From a bacterium (GTDB lineage Bacteria; Fidelibacterota; Marinisomatia; Marinisomatales; UBA1611), in contig JAYPIC010000008.1 of the NCBI GenBank assembly GCA_038127595.1, forward strand, positions 1-46,254: a stretch of 46,254 nucleotides of DNA, written 5' to 3'. The notes beneath the pieces are model-generated. The model worked only from the letters and a program-made list of their open reading frames with translations. It was not told the origin of the DNA and did not search any database. This document shows positions 45,408 through 46,254 of this stretch, in pieces (the first letter of the stretch is position 1; each line of letters opens with the position of its first letter). Position numbers and translations under genes: made by a program.

Positions 45408-45574
45408 CATAGTGCTGGTTAAAATTTTTTAACAATAAAAAGCAACAAAACATAGTCTTACTGATTTCACGAAACAACAGATATTTTAAATTTCTTATGA
45501 ATAATTCATGTTTTTTTTCTGAAAAGTGAATAACGTAAGTTCTGATTATATCGGTAATAAGAGGTATTGTTTTT

Positions 45575-46254
45575 ATGAGTAATCCAATTGGAATTAGAGG
45601 TGTAATTGGCGTTGTGATATTATCAGTTATTGCTGCATTTTTAATAGGTGGCATAATTATGAGTGTGTTCTCTTCAACGCCTAATCAAACTGATAAAGTG
45701 TACCTCTATCTTTCATTTTTTCTTGGCCAGGGAGTAATAATAGTGCCTCCTATATATTATTTAAATTTCAAAAAAAAATCTATATCTGATTCATTCAGAT
45801 TGAAACCAGTCTCATTTAATACAATTATAAATTCTATAATATTTAGCATAGGAATTATCATTTTATTTGATGCTTTAGATAGAGTCATTCATCAAATTGT
45901 CCCGACACCAGATTATATAATTGATTTAGGAAAAATTATGCAACCTGAATCTACCTTGGGTTTAATATTTTTGTTTCTTGCAGTAGTGGTAATGGCCCCA
46001 ATTGGTGAAGAAATAGTTTTCCGCGGATTTTTACAAAAGTTCCTAGAGGAATATTGGAAAGATATTACCAGGGCTGTACTAGTTACTAGCTTGTTTTTTG
46101 CAATGATACATTTTAACCCATATTGGACCATTCAAATTTATTTATTAGGAGTAATTCTTGGGTTTTTGTCATGGAAAACAAAATCTGTGATACCCAGTGT
46201 TATTTTACACAGTATTAATAATGGAATGGCATTCATATTAACTGTCTCTGATGA
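45575..46254 (+). CDS. CPBP (Abi/CAAX) intramembrane metalloprotease, runs off window end
   Basis: Not in ORF track. ATG 45575 after GAGGT; reads MSNPIGIRG...APIGEEIVFRGFLQ...FAMIH...LHSINN. Confidence 0.9.
   Translation, partial: MSNPIGIRGVIGVVILSVIAAFLIGGIIMSVFSSTPNQTDKVYLYLSFFLGQGVIIVPPIYYLNFKKKSISDSFRLKPVSFNTIINSIIFSIGIIILFDALDRVIHQIVPTPDYIIDLGKIMQPESTLGLIFLFLAVVVMAPIGEEIVFRGFLQKFLEEYWKDITRAVLVTSLFFAMIHFNPYWTIQIYLLGVILGFLSWKTKSVIPSVILHSINNGMAFILTVSD

Noticed and set aside
45352..46131. Minus-strand ORFs 45352-45654 and 45913-46131
   Set aside because: Overlap the plus-strand CPBP protease and methyltransferase, which have clear motifs

Overview
AT-rich bacterial chromosomal window, densely coding and mostly housekeeping. 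The gene set (archaeal-type ProS, type B L31, DGGGP-synthase-like UbiA, peptidase/PD40/barrel protein) suggests an FCB-group marine bacterium such as Marinimicrobia; this is inference. Contents: carB(partial)-carA; an LPP20-like gene; a + strand run with cysteine dioxygenase, ligA and an ABC-2 pair; a long - strand run (alkA, M24 peptidase, dtd, dnaE, ubiA-family, prmC, prfA, rpmE2, aminotransferase, rho, folC, murI, amidase); two tandem small membrane proteins; a five-gene glycan cluster; eno-ftsB; a proS-recO-rhomboid-motA-motB-Ig-like run; trmH-family; and a partial CPBP protease. I saw no tRNA, rRNA, CRISPR array or mobile element. Best candidate for something undescribed: a stand-alone Cas6b-like protein (23817-24782) between rho and an aminotransferase, apparently lacking the catalytic His motif and carrying a long charged tail, i.e. 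a possibly domesticated CRISPR RNA-binding protein. Runners-up: a Na+-type stator pair coupled to a cadherin/PKD protein with no flagellar genes nearby, and the two paralogous ~70-aa membrane proteins in their own strongly signalled transcription unit.
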